Shown: positions 37,600 to 51,101, counted from the first letter of the whole stretch. The stretch: DNA of 63,763 nucleotides, filler included, from Reticulomyxa filosa (GCA_000512085.1; 28 parts of 28 records of this genome joined end to end with filler, not necessarily neighbours in it), one strand, 5' to 3'. Program-made: numbers and translations. The notes: generated by a model not told the origin, from the sequence alone.

Positions 37600-38808
37600 G
37601 TTTGTGAATTCGAACGAAGTGAACGTGCTGACAGGCGAACTGCTCACACAGACCTTTCTTACTACTTTAACGAGAGGGATATAATGGACAATTCCAATAG
37701 CATCGACTTATGCTACAATGTCATCACCGATGGGTCGACCACTGGAGATGGGTTTCGGGCCGTTTTTTCCATTGACTACGAAAACCCCGAACGTGTGGAG
37801 TGGAAGAATACGTACGACCAGAGCTGCTTCACACGTCGGCCATCTCAACCCGACGCTCAATGGGATGGCTCATGCGACATTGGCATACAACAGCGCGTCA
37901 TCGCCGCCTGCAATGAAGTCAACGTCACTACATCTAAACAAAAATCCTCCACTTCGTCTTCTTTCTCTTCTTCTGCCATCAACAACATAAAATTTGTGAG
38001 GTTTTTATTTTTATTTTATTTAACTTTGTTTACATATATACATATATACATATATACATATATATATGTATATATGTATATATGTATATACCTTTTCATT
38101 TTGTGAAGTAGATTAAATATCTCACAATACATCATGTGCTTAAAAAAACATTCGCTAGCCTTTCCCAGTGCCCGAATCGATTGAAAAAACAAAGGAACTC
38201 GAGCGAGGCTATTGCCACATCGGAGACGTTCAGACCAAATACTGTGTGAAAAAGGCTTGCAGCAATTCAAGGTCGATTAGCAAGTCGGTGCATTTTAATG
38301 GAATGGGTCGAATCGATCCCGTGGACGCCGACCCGTTTACGATTCATCGAAGCACGAATGAGGAGTTTGCAATACAGAATATGGTCAATCTCGTGACACA
38401 TGCTATCAAGCAGTTGGAGAGGGAGCACTTGGACAACCAATTCTTTAGCGGCGGCGTCACGCAATGGTCTGGACTCGAAGATAGCAAGTGGAGATTGGGC
38501 ATCAAACTGGCCAGGTCTTTGTTGTTAGGCGATTCCTTCACCGCCGCCTTCACTGGGTCGTCGCTGACCGCCGGCCGAGACAACTTGTTTTTAAGCAGTT
38601 ACCCGATGCAGCTGCAGTCGCTGCTGTCTCCGTTGTGGAAGGAAATTGGATACAAGGGCGCCGCTTTTGTTGTCAAAAACCGTGCCATTGATAACGACCA
38701 TATCCGAACTAATCAAATTAGCTGGTGTTTGCCTGGTTAATTATAATAAAACTAAAATAGGAGAGAGGAGGGAGGGGAAGGAAAAAAAAAAGATATAACA
38801 ATCATACA

Positions 38809-38854
<46 letters not shown>

Positions 38855-39947
38855 TAAATATTAGAACTCGTTGGAGAAGACCCTGATGTTGTGTTTTGGG
38901 AAGATACGACACCCAATAACTTACCGGTATATTTTAGTACTGTGGAAAATCACCTGCGCAGTACCATTAGCTTACGAAGAAAACCCGTGTGGCATGCCGT
39001 TATTGGAAGGCCACATGGCAGCTTGCCCACGCGTTATCAAAACTTGGAACTGAGCTCATTGTACATCGATTTGGCAGACTATTATCAAAAAAGTGGGGTT
39101 GGCATCGTCGAGTTTCGTCCATCCAATTTCGACACTCTTGCCGCTCAAAACTCCAAATACAAACAGGAACAAGTCTATGTATCGTGGTATCCCGGCCCAC
39201 GTGGTCATCGATACTACGCACAAATTATCGCATACTTTTATTTGAACGCATTGTTAGATGTCCTCAAAGATATTCAACCTGCCATTCAAGCAGTTTATTA
39301 TTATATATACATATTTTTATTTATTATTTGTTAATTTATTTTTGTGACTGTTTGGTGTCGGTTCACAGATGAACACAACAAAACCCATACTGGAGATGTA
39401 TGACCTATTGCAAGACCCTCCATCAGAGGCTGTGTTGCCTTCAGGACGATCTTGTGGGACAGCCTGCCTTTCGACACATTCACGCTGGTGTATCTCTGGG
39501 TTGACACCATCGACGCCAACAAGCAGTCTTCAATGGCACAATGACCCGACCGCCAAAAATGCGTGGTCGTGGGTTGACATATCCAACAATACCCAATCGC
39601 TTGCAAGTAAAACAGGAGCTCAAGGTCACATCGACGCTATTTACGCTTTTCGAGCAAACAATAACCAAACTTTAAGTTTACACCTTAAAACGCAAAGCAA
39701 ACAATACTTACTGATTCATGGACCATTTATTGATTTCGATGCAGTCAGATTACAACTTGATGGGGAAAATGTTGAATGTATGAAACCCGATAACCAAAAC
39801 ACACAATTTTGGATTATTGAAAAAGATACAAAAATTGGCTGTGTTATTGCCATTAGCCAAACCAAAGGCAATGCTCACGTACTGACAGTTCGCCCTGCTT
39901 TAGGACAATCCAATCAGCCCGCTGTATGGGCAGTATCTGCATTTTGA
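37600..39947 (+). CDS. SGNH/GDSL hydrolase-fold protein, 5' truncated
   Basis: Exons <37600-37995, 38159-38735, 38865-39292 and 39369-39947 are in phase. Blocks FTGSSLTAG, VVKNRAI, DPDVVFWE and WYPGPRGHRYYA. Confidence 0.75.
38810..38853 (+). repeat. (AAT)n intronic microsatellite
   Basis: Perfect AAT run inside intron 38736-38864. Confidence 0.9.
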
Positions 39948-40355
39948 GTGATCCTTTTCCTTCCTTTTTTTTACAATTATTTTCCTTTTAGTAAAGTGAG
40001 TTTCTTTCAGAAATTATTACGAAAAAACTATGAGTAAATGCTTTATGCTTTTAAACAATTAAGTCTAATTTCCAAAAAAAATCAGTTTCCGAACCTTGTT
40101 TCTTGTGCAAAGAAATATTCAAGTTTATACTAATTAGTAAGTTACATCACCCACTCTATGATGAACGTTGTTTCGTGCATATAGTGGGCATGGTTCATCG
40201 AAAAATAACGCTCAGTCTCAGAATTGGAGAAAAAAAAGCCTAATTAAACGAAATGACATACATATAATTGAGGTTCCTTGAAAAGTTGTGGTTGTTAAAA
40301 AGAAAATGATTAGAAATTCTAAAACAAGTTTGAAATCTCTCATGAGAGATGTTGT

Positions 40356-40983
40356 TTATTTGTAGTCAAGATGGGCATATCTTTGTGTGACATCAGCAGA
40401 ATGAAGACTGCCGTCTTCAGCAGTGTGAAGTGTATCATAGTTGTTCTCGTTATTGGCAGAATCCATTGCCGAGCGCCACGAAGCCAGACTATCATTATTT
40501 TCTTTACTTTTTTTGGATGGACTGTCGGCCTTTCTTTTTTTTTTGCCCGACGTTTTTTTATTGTCCTTTGGTTCTTGTTCAGCAAAATGCGTCGATACAT
40601 AGCATCGTGACCGGAAACGGGCGGAGGAAGAAGATTGGGAACAGGTGAGGGAAGAGGATTGGAAGACATGAGATCATCAACAGGTTCGGGAGACTGTGGC
40701 AGTAAACAAGGACTCGGCTGCAAATGCTGAACAGCGATATCGAGATCGGAAGCAGGTGCAGCAGGACTATTGACGGACGTATAAGCGTGTTGCTTGAATA
40801 ACTTGGCTTTTTGTCTTCGACGAAACACGAGCCAAAAGAAAATCGCCAACAAAATTAATGAAACTGCTGGGGAAGCAAAATAAGATGCTTGTTGGATATT
40901 TTCGATCATATTTAATGTATGTCTCATGTCCCTTATCACGGCCGGTGGAGCATGACCATCCACGATTACATAGCCAAGTGGCA
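40356..40983 (-). CDS. Last exon of a membrane protein with a C-terminal TM helix and cytosolic tail (probable 1-nt frameshift near 40600)
   Basis: AVSLILLAIFFWLVF-RRRQK TM/stop-transfer, then a Pro/Ser-rich tail. The alternative frame after about 40600 reads VSTHFAEQEPKDNKK...YDTL...YAHLDYK*. Confidence 0.6.
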
Positions 40984-41260
40984 CTATCTATTTTTCAACC
41001 ACGTTTAATTATATATAATACGTATACAAACGCAATTGCAAAATGAGAGAGAAGGGGGGGGGGGGNNNNNNNNNNNNNNNNNNNNNNNNNNNNNNNNNNN
41101 NNNNNNNNNTTAATTAATTAANNNNNNNNNNNNNNNNNNNNNNNNNNNNNNNNNNNNNNNNNNNNACTCATTCGTTGCAGATGGCGGTTTGTTTTTTTTA
41201 TTATTAAAAAAGGGTATTATATTGATGACTGCAAAAAAAAAAAAACAATAGAGAAAATAG

Positions 41261-42314
41261 CTCCCTTGGAATTAATGGCAAGTTTGACAAGCGAAGCAAA
41301 GGGCGAATATGCACAAGAAGCTTTACACTCGAAAGGACAGGACACGGAAGTGATAATGGATATAGCGATGGAAAAGGAGATCGATGAAGCACAAAGAGAA
41401 GTACTACCCAAAACGGAAGAAAAGGAAGAAGAAAAAGTACCCCAAGTCAGCGCTTTGTCGATAAGCAACGAGGACAAGGCAATGAATCAGGATACATCTC
41501 CATCATCTGCTCCACCAATCGTACAAACCACTGTTGTGCCCAACACTTCCATTAATAAGATGCTTTCAAATCCCATCAATGCTGTTGTAGATGCTCCCTT
41601 CAATAGTATCACTAATAACATTAACACCAATGCCAATACCAATATCAATACCAATACCAATACCAATATCAACACCAGTGTTAATCCAATTTCAGCCAAT
41701 CCATCTAACACAACACAAAACAAGGAAGTGGAGAAAACACAAGCACACAGCCATGACATCAAAATGGAAGAAGCAAAAGCAAAGATAAAAGCAGAAGAGA
41801 AAGAGAAAAACACAATTCAATCCAACGACAAATCCAAAGAGAATGTAAACATTTCTCATTCAAATGCCGCTAGCTCTTCAGATTGCAATATCAACACCAA
41901 CATCAACGCAAATTCCAATTCCAATGCCAATACCAATATTATGTCATCCGACAATGGCTCCGAATCCAAATCCCTCGTTTCTCTGGACAAAAAACAAGAA
42001 AGTACGTCTGATGTATCGAAGGATATTGCCTCAGTCACGGCAACAGTTGCGATCGCAGCGGCAGCGGCAGTTGCAACGACAACAATCGCCACGTCGGTAG
42101 CGTCAGCCACCATTACAACTAAAATAGCACCACAAAACAGCACCAGAACAAACCGAACCGAAAGTAATGTTTCCAGAACAGTTCGAACTGAAAGTAATGT
42201 TTCCAGAACAGTCCGAACCGAAAGTAATGTCTCCAAAACAAATGTAGCAAAGGCAATGTCCGTTCCAACCACCGTCTCTTCTTCGACTGCTTCCACTTCA
42301 ATTGCTTCCACTTC
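41261..42314 (+). CDS. Low-complexity N/T/S/E/K-rich protein, internal exon
   Basis: About 350 open codons after an AG acceptor, with NT repeats and A/T-rich tracts. Confidence 0.65.
42154..42245 (+). repeat. 30-bp coding tandem repeat x3 (RTESNVSRTV)
   Basis: cgaac(c/t)gaaagtaatgt(t/c)tcca(g/a)aaca units. Confidence 0.9.
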
Positions 42315-42499
42315 NNNNNNNNNNNNNNNNNNNNNNNNNNNNNNNNNNNNNNNNNNNNTTAATTAATTAANNNNNNNNNNNNNNNNNNNNNNNNNNNNNN
42401 NNNNNNNNNNNNNNTTTTTAAAAAAAAGTGTTTTAATTATTTAAAGCGTTTTATTTTTTTTTTTTCTTTAATCAACAATACAAAAAAAAAAAAAATTAC

Positions 42500-43239
42500 C
42501 ATTCTTTGGCAATCTCTTCTCCTCTCTGTTTTGAAACTTGTCGGTCCCCTTCCATATCGCATTTGTTCCCGGTCAATATTCTGTACAAAATTTTGCGCAT
42601 ATGTCAATCCCCCCATTTTATTTTTTTTAGTTTGGAACAAAAAGAGGGGGGGAGGAGGATGGAAATTCAGATTTTTTTTTTTTTTTTTTTTACATGGGCA
42701 CTTTGTCTTTATCTTTTTCCATTAAAATCTCGTCGTGAAATTTCAAGGCATTTTTGGTTAGTGATTCCTCACTTGTGATGGAATAAACTATTACAAAACC
42801 CTGACCTTTTCGAAACCACTCACTTTTCATCGTTACAAACTCTTCTTGACCCTTTTTTTTTTTTGACATAAAAAAAAAAATTTTATTTTTATTTGTTTCG
42901 ACCTCCCGGCTCGGTGACAAGAAAATATTAAACAAACTGCAGTGTCGAGAATATCAAGTGTGGCAGGTTTGCCGTCCACGTCCATCTGTTTTCGGAAGCT
43001 ATCTTCAATTGTTGGGTCATATTCTCGCAAAAATTTGTCGTTGACTAGACGAACTGTCAGAGTTGATTTGCCGACGCCTCCTGCACCTGTTCGTTATCAT
43101 TTGCGACATACGTACACAGCTGCAGGCCTCAAAAAAAAAAAACAACATTTTTTTTTAGGACACCAAGGAAGATGATAGCAAATCAGTATCAACACCAACC
43201 TAAGAGGACTATATGGTAAATATCTTCTTCATCGGCCAT
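42500..43239 (-). CDS. ras: Ras-family GTPase, 3' truncated
   Basis: Exons 43239-43200, 43086-42938, 42851-42694 and 42580-42500. Motifs [33 protein letters not shown]. Confidence 0.95.
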
Positions 43240-44222
43240 GTTTAACTTTTAATTGGAGGGGGTATTCCTTCACTAGAAATTGTCTGAAAGAGGCAGAGCG
43301 GTACTAGAGACGTCTATGCTGGTCTAAGGAATTACAGTAATTTTATATGTGTATTGCCATAGTTTTTCGTGGAAAAAATTAATTACTTTCAGCACACAAA
43401 CTTTAAAATAGAAAAGCAATTTCTTACTCATATTGTTAACATTCTAGTGTCATATTCAAGATTTCGCCTGAAAACAAGTCTGAATTAAAATATTGATGAA
43501 ATTTTGTACGTTTGTAAGCTTTAAAGCAATTCTTAAGTATTAATCCTGATTCTTGCTCCGTTCGACCTCATAATGATTGTTTGTATTTTCCAAGCAGATC
43601 AGTTCAACTATGTATTGGTGACTTATGGGTTACATGTCCACGACAGTTTCGACAAAATTCACAAATAACATTAGTGTATTTGATTTAAATGAGTTTCAGT
43701 ATATCGATCATGTTCTATAATTAAACCAGAAAACAAGAAAAGGAATGAAATGTTGTTATTTTCTAAAGAATATGAATCCATGTAAAAACATAAATATCAT
43801 AACATATGAAATGAATTTATTTGCTTATATTATTAAATTTATTCAGGCAAAAAAGAATATCATTGATTTAGTGTGAAGACAACTGAATTCTTTTTCAAAG
43901 GATAAAATTATTAAAAATTCATTTTTTAAAAAAGATATATTTATGAAATTGTGCTGAAGCTGATATATTGTTGTTAATGTGTAAACATAATAAATAATAA
44001 AAAGTGATTATTATTTCATACTAATCACTGTAGGAATCACTATATCTTCAGTTGAGTTTGAATGATTGTCGTTTAATTTTTTACTCACATATTTCATTAT
44101 CCATCAAAAGACAACAAAGTAATTTCATTGCAGTTTCGATAACGTGTATTCGTTTTAAGTGTACGACAGAAAAGGGAGAATAAAAAAACTTAATTTCCAC
44201 ATCAATGCAAAAAATTGGAAGA

Positions 44223-45266
44223 ATGAGTACTTATAGCAGTAAAAAAAAAACTTCAGCCCAAACAGAATTGGTAAGCTTTATTTCAAACTTTCAAAATTGA
44301 TTGACTTTAGATTTTTACTGTATTTTGTACATGATTGTGATGAATTAGCTAGAAGAAGAAAAGATTCAATTAATTGTTCGATATTGGGCTCGAAAATTAA
44401 TAATTAAATTAGGGTGGATCAATGGTTTTGACAAACTTATTGTCAATTATGTTATGTTTTCTTTCAATTGAAATATTTATTTTATGAAATTATTTATTAT
44501 CACTATTTGACATAGGCCACTACTCGTTTCATGTTTGAAACATTTCGTTTATCATCCAAATTACTTAAAACATTTGCTGGACAAATTCATGCTGTGTGGA
44601 GTATTGATTATTTATCACTCGACAATCATCAATTACTTTGTTCTGGATCAGAAGATAGTATAATTCGTGTATGGGATGTTGATAGCAATAAACAAATTCA
44701 ATCATTCAACGGACACTCAGATTGTGTGACATGTGTGAAATTTTCATCATATTATCATTATAATTATAATCGTAATGTCATTTGCTCTTCATCAATTGAT
44801 ACAACTATTCGTTTTTGGGATATCAAAAATAATCAACAATTACAAATATTTAATGAGCGCACTGAATGGATTAGTTGTATTGAATTCTCGCCATTTAATG
44901 ATGGCAGATATTTGTGTTCTGGATCATGGGGCAATACAATTTGTTTATGGGATATTGAAACATCCAAATTATTACATGTTTTCAATGGGCATATAAATGG
45001 TGTCCGTTGTGTGGATATTTCACCATTACAAAGCAATAACAACAATAATGATAGAAGTAATAATATTGGTGTGATTGGTGGTAATGGATATACAATTTGT
45101 TCTGGATCGTTAGATAAAACTATTTGTGTATGGGATATTGAAACAACTAAGCAATTAAATATATTCAAAGGACATGGCAGTTATGTGATAAGTGCAAAAT
45201 ATGGATCAAATGGATTAGTAAATACAATATTATCTGGATCAAATGATAAAAGTAGTTCGTTTGTGG
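44223..45266 (+). CDS. WD40-repeat protein of the same expanded family, 3' truncated
   Basis: Exons 44223-44270, 44349-44450 and 44516->45266. Reads IQLIVRYWARKLIIKLGWINGFDKLIVNY, MFETFRLSSKLL, then about 5 WD repeats. Confidence 0.92.
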
Positions 45267-45976
45267 NNNNNNNNNNNNNNNNNNNNNNNNNNNNNNNNNN
45301 NNNNNNNNNNTTAATTAATTAANNNNNNNNNNNNNNNNNNNNNNNNNNNNNNNNNNNNNNNNNNNNAAAAATACGTTGCCTTTTTTTTAGACGAACGTTT
45401 GCTTGCAACTGGCAAAGAACTTCTCACAATATGTGTTGCTACCTTTTTATTTGCTGAGTCAGCAACTGTTTGCAAAAAAAAATTAAGTTAAGAGAATAGT
45501 AGAATCAATCTTGCATCGCCTTTGAAAAGTTCACAAACAGGCTAGCTGTTGTATAACAGTATTCTCATTCACTGAATAAAGACACTTGATGAGTGTGTTA
45601 TAGTTTGTGTAAAAGTTGTTTACTAAAAATATATTTAACAACACAAGCGTTGTCTTCATTGAAACTTTTCTTTATTATTGAAACATATTTAGTATATAAG
45701 TTGGTTAGAAGCATCCTGCTTGGTGGTGGGATGATTTGCAATCTATTTTTTGTAATAAAATATTTCTATTTTCATTTTAACAATGTACATCATATTGAAT
45801 TTATTGTTCTTAATGTAGTCATAAAAAGTTAAAATTAATTTTTTTTCATTAAGAAAAAACACAGATATTGCAGAATTCTATTTTTGAAGTACCTTTATTG
45901 AACTTGAAAAAAGTTAAAATTTTCCATTTTACTTCATTGAAGACCATCCAAGTAAAAAAATAAAAGCAGTTGCAAA

Positions 45977-46466
45977 ATGGCACATATTATAAAAGCTTTA
46001 GTTAAACTAGTAGTTGTAAGTTTCATTACAAATTTCTAAAAAGTTAATGGTCTTTAAGTTTTTATTGTATTTATTGTGTTGACTTATGATGAACTAGCCA
46101 GATAAAAACGAAATCAAGGTCATTATCCAGCATTGGATTCGCATATTACACATTAAATCCAGATGGATAAATGATTTCGATAAACTAGTTGTCAATTATG
46201 TTAAGTTTTTTTTATTTTTGTCTTTCGTTTAATTATGAAAAATAAAAATAATATATTTGTTTATTTTTATTTGAGTTATGTCAACACATGCTACTATTTA
46301 TCTTATGTTCAATGCATTTCGTTCATCATCCAAATTAATCAATACATTTATTGGACATACTGAGTTGGTAAATTTATTGATTATTCAATATTTGATAATT
46401 GTCAATTCATTTGTTCTGGATCATATGATAAAACAGTTCGTGTATGGGATGTTGATAACAACAAAC
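45977..46466 (+). pseudogene. WD40 family paralogue, probable pseudogene
   Basis: Same exon layout (45977-46015, 46098-46199). The intron-2 acceptor reads acacaT instead of acacAG, and a 1-nt deletion near 46373 shifts IDYSIFDNCQFICSGSYDKTVRVWD out of frame. Confidence 0.8.
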
Positions 46467-46566
46467 NNNNNNNNNNNNNNNNNNNNNNNNNNNNNNNNNN
46501 NNNNNNNNNNTTAATTAATTAANNNNNNNNNNNNNNNNNNNNNNNNNNNNNNNNNNNNNNNNNNNN

Positions 46567-49500
46567 ATATTACCATTGCATCTAACAACAACTCGACAAC
46601 ATAGGAACTATTGACAAAGTCTTGAGTACGAAACGTAGTGGCGACAGTGGCATCGGTGATGGAGGACTGATGCAACGGCTTGACGACAAAAATTTCGCAA
46701 AGGAAAAAATACAAAGAGACACAGACCATTAGCCTCTCGACAGAGGCTCCGGGATACAAGTGCTGGAGTAAAAACTGTTGTAACCATTGGACAAACAATT
46801 GGCATTGTCGGATATGTTCCTCCTCCTCCTCCGACTCTATTTTGGAAGGTGCATGACTGCGATCATGCCATAATTTATAACAGCCGTTTTTAATGCGTGC
46901 AAGCAATCTCTGCATGAGCTGAATGAACCGGTCTCTATCGGGACTGGCTTGGAAATGCACCCAATATGGCATTATTTCGCGAAGCAATTGCAATGTGTTT
47001 TTCCCCGGCAATTCGGTCACCCTTTTGCTCACGCACAATATCTCCATGCACTCCATACGTACACTGGCATGTGCCGATGCAGGCTCCGACCGCAACAGGC
47101 CCGACTTCAAGTATTTGCCCATGTTCCTCTCCATGTCCAACTTCACCTCGTCGTGTGGTCCCTCTTGACTTGCAATCCAACCTTCCAACACCGCCGATGA
47201 AATCGCGCCACTTCGGCGTCCACAACGTAGCACCGCCACCAATGCACGCATGTGCCAATCGTCAGAAGAGAGACCACTACTGCTTAGTGTCTTTTGCTGA
47301 CTTTTCAAACCTTGACTCGATTGCAAGATATACGCTAACAATGGCTGATATGACGTGTTATCCATCCGCAATATGTACTTTAACAATTCGCTGCTCGCTG
47401 CTTCCTGCACTTTCGGATCTTTGCATTTAACAATTTTTTGTTTGTTTGTCCATCTATGTATCGTTCTATCAGCCTATTTACCGATCTCTTTCTCCAACAC
47501 GCATCAAACAAAGCACACACGCACATATATACATATACGTATACATATATATGTACACCCAACTGAAATGCGCAAATCCACGACAAAGAGAGTCCATCCA
47601 CAAAGTCCTCCACTTTGCCAGTACGTCCAAGTTTTTATTTTGCTTGCGTTGTTGTTGGAACTGTATATTCAAAAAAGATTTAGTTGAGTATGCACGTACA
47701 AATATAAATATTATAAATATAAATACATATATATGTATATGTATACATATACATATATATGTATGTACGTATATAAATACCTCCAACAAAGCCAAATGCA
47801 AAGACTCTTGAACTAAACCAACAGCCAATCCTCCGACCAGTGGCGAAGCCTCCAATAGCATAATGATCCAATTCGGATATCTTTCAAACACCTTCAAAGG
47901 TCCGATGTGTTTCATAAGTATTTTCATCTTCCGATATTTCCCGCCATTGGCATTGTAGCTATGGACGGTATCGTCCATGACGGCGATCCACTTGGCGTGA
48001 TGGACGTCGTCTTTGCGGTCACTCTCGGAGTGCTTGTGAGCGACGCTTGGCAGCTGGTCGTACATATCAGTTAGCAGCACGTGCTTTTCAAACAGCTCCT
48101 CCACCAAGCAAATGACCGAGCGAAAAGGGTCCCAATTTTGCTGAATGATTTCGTCAATGTGTGCTTGGTATGAGGCGAAGCGAGTCCAATAGCAGCGATA
48201 CATATCATGCGCAGAGTTCGTCTCTGTCTCTGTATACGTCGTAGGAGCGCGATGCTTGCCTTTTAACAGGCCGTCCATGAATTTGTGATTGACCTGCATC
48301 CATCCTAGCAGCAGCTGCAATGCATGAAACTTTACTTGTGGAGCATAGCTGCTATCATTATCATCGTTAGTATTCACTTTGGCTTCATCATCACATCTTG
48401 TCGTCATCGTCGTCAATACTGGAGGGCATACCATTTGAACACAATATTCAAACACGTCATCCAACAATAACCAATGACAACGACGATACTTTGTTTGAGT
48501 AGTGATGGACCCCTTTTCATCATTATCCTCTTCTTCTTTTTCTTTTTCTTTTTCTTTTTCTTCATTGCTATCACAATAGGTAAGCACCAAGATATTGGTT
48601 TGCGTGACAATGGCACGACACAAGATAATCTTAGTAATGGCATTGAGCTTCGCAAAGCAATGGCGACATTGATATTGTATCCACTCGTCAAACCATTGTT
48701 TCAATACTTTCCCCTCGCTTGGCACTCCGATATTATCCGACGACGACATCTTTGCATTGTCAATGTGTTGTATACCTTTGTTGGAAAAGCATTGGACAAG
48801 TTGTGCAAACAGAGCGTGCTGTGACTTGGCTGCACTGCCATCCCAATTGGAAGGATTCATCTTGGTGCTCCCTTCAAGACGATACAGGATCAGCAAATGC
48901 CACAGGAATGTCATTTTGGTGACCGAGTCTTTGTGGAAACTCGACAACGCCAACAGGTCATTCAGCACGTAGCAGCATCGTTGTAGCAAGTGACACCCCC
49001 ATTGCGTCGCGGAAATTTCCGACGATTTTTCCGCAGAAATTTCTTGGCCCAACAGATCATGGGTCTTGTCTTCGCCGCACAGCAGGCCATGAAACAAAGC
49101 TCGATTGGAAGTAAAGAAAGTCCAAAAACAGCCAATGATATCTCTGGGCAGCAGCGACAGACGTTTCGGTTGTTCTTGAGGATGTCTGCCAGTGTCCTCA
49201 CCAATCATGTTAATCATATCTTCTTCCACGTCATCCGTTTCTATCATTGTTTCATTCTCTTCAACTGCTATTGATGATGACGATGATGACGATGATGACA
49301 TTCGAAGAGCAGGTTGATATGCAAAATCTCTCAAAATTTGAATAAATGTTTGTAACACGGCATTAAATAATGCAACTTGATATTCGCTCGTTGCGCATAA
49401 ATTCATGAAAAATGAGTGCTGAAACAGATGGATCAAATTATCCATCGATGGCAAGTACTTGCTGTTATCCAATACAAGCAATGAAGATAAGCTTAATTCG

Positions 49501-49946
49501 ATGATTGATGCAAATGATACCACACACTCCTTCTTTGCACTTGCAAACACCAACTCTATCAATCCGTGCAACACCTTCAGAAACGGACGTGTCAAGGACG
49601 GTATCTTATAAAAAGATACAAATATATTCAAACACTTCTTCTTCACTTCCTCGTCCATTTCTTCCCATTTCACCTCTGACAACTTTTGGAATGCTCGGAT
49701 TTGAATCGATGCGTTGTCCTTCATTTTGCTGCTTTCTTGTCCTTTCGTTGATGACACAAACTCTCTCAGGTTTTGCACAAACACTTGGCTTGATTGCACT
49801 GCTGGGCTGCTCAGTATTGATTCCAGCTCTGACTGAACGTGCGGGGGAAGGGACAGTGTGCGCACTTTATCTCGCTTTTTCGAGTGACCTCCACTATGCA
49901 CAAGCCCTTGCTTCACAGCTAAATGATCAAGTTTAACACGGTTCAT
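46567..49946 (-). CDS. THADA: THADA/Trm732-like armadillo protein (tRNA position-32 2'-O-methylation cofactor), N-terminal part
   Basis: Exons about 49946-47781, 47660-47564 and 47418->46567. Motifs in THADA order: IIQQNWDP, GKYRKMKILMKHIG, ILCVSKRVTE, SPDRDRFIQLMQRLLARIK, FLLQHLYPGASVER. Confidence 0.75.
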
Positions 49947-50500
49947 GATATATTCCAATTATTCGGATTTTAAACAAGGGGGTTTTTTTTCTTTTAAATG
50001 TCTTCAACTTCCAGCACTTTGCTATGTCATAGTTCAACTTTGTCATCTTCCAACACAAAAAATGCAAAGAACTATTACCCAAAAATTGCATAAAAATCAA
50101 TAAACAGTTAAGAGCGTGAAAACTATAGCCCAAAGTGGGAGCCATTATACAGCGGACAACGACAGCACCAATTCTTTCTGTCATTAATTTAATTCGGCTT
50201 TACAATTTGTTCCACTTTTTGAATGTCAATTTCAAATATATCCCAAACATGTCTCTTTGCTGTCAAATACACAGTATCATATTTACTTTTGATCACTAAT
50301 TGTTTTTTAATAAAATATAAAATCAAGCAAAATCAAAACATAAATCAAATTTCAGTTAGCCATTTTTTATTTTGCCAATTTAAAACAGATCAATAATTTT
50401 AATCAAAAAAGAAAATTCAATTTCAACAAATAAAAAATTTCTAAATTTTCCTTTGTAGAGATGCAAGAAAGAGAGCTCAGCTAACGAAAAACGTAAAAGA

Positions 50501-50773
50501 ATGTTTTTATTTTATGAGTTGAGTTATTACAACTCTGGAGTCAGTTATGACTCATGTATCACTACACCTTCGGTAACGTATTGCTTACACTTTAAACGTA
50601 GCAATAACAAACTGTTGTTGTTAGACGAAATTGGCTTGGTAGAGCATTCCCTTTTGAAATTGTTGGTATTATATGCTGGAACATTCAAAATTTCATTTGA
50701 CAGATTACTCAATAGGCTTTTAGATGAATCTAAAATGAATCATACCATTGCACACCAAATTCAAAAAAAATAA
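50501..50773 (+). pseudogene. Decayed RNF213/mysterin-like AAA+ fragment
   Basis: LLLLDEIGLVEHSLLKLLVL...ISF..LLNRLLDESKMNH parallels RNF213 VVVLDEVGLAE.SP..PLK.LH...FVGISNWALDPAKMNR. Flanks are not open. Confidence 0.7.
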
Positions 50774-51101
50774 ATGATGATCTTGAGCTGTTGGATAACA
50801 TACTTACAAGACCAATATACAAACTTATATCACTTTTATTTGGGGGTACACTCAACGGATAGAGTAATAATGACAAATTACAATTAATTAAACAAAGTAA
50901 TAATATGAAAGATTGAAAAAAAGTTGTTTTGTCAAAAACGTCAAAATATCAAAAAATTGCAAATTTGGAATCTTTTTTATAAGTATTTATGAGTTGTGCA
51001 ANNNNNNNNNNNNNNNNNNNNNNNNNNNNNNNNNNNNNNNNNNNNTTAATTAATTAANNNNNNNNNNNNNNNNNNNNNNNNNNNNNNNNNNNNNNNNNNN
51101 N

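Noticed and set aside
41487-42311. Hydrophobic minus-strand ORFs (108 and 151 aa)
   Set aside because: Antisense shadows of NT/AT repeats in the plus-strand exon.
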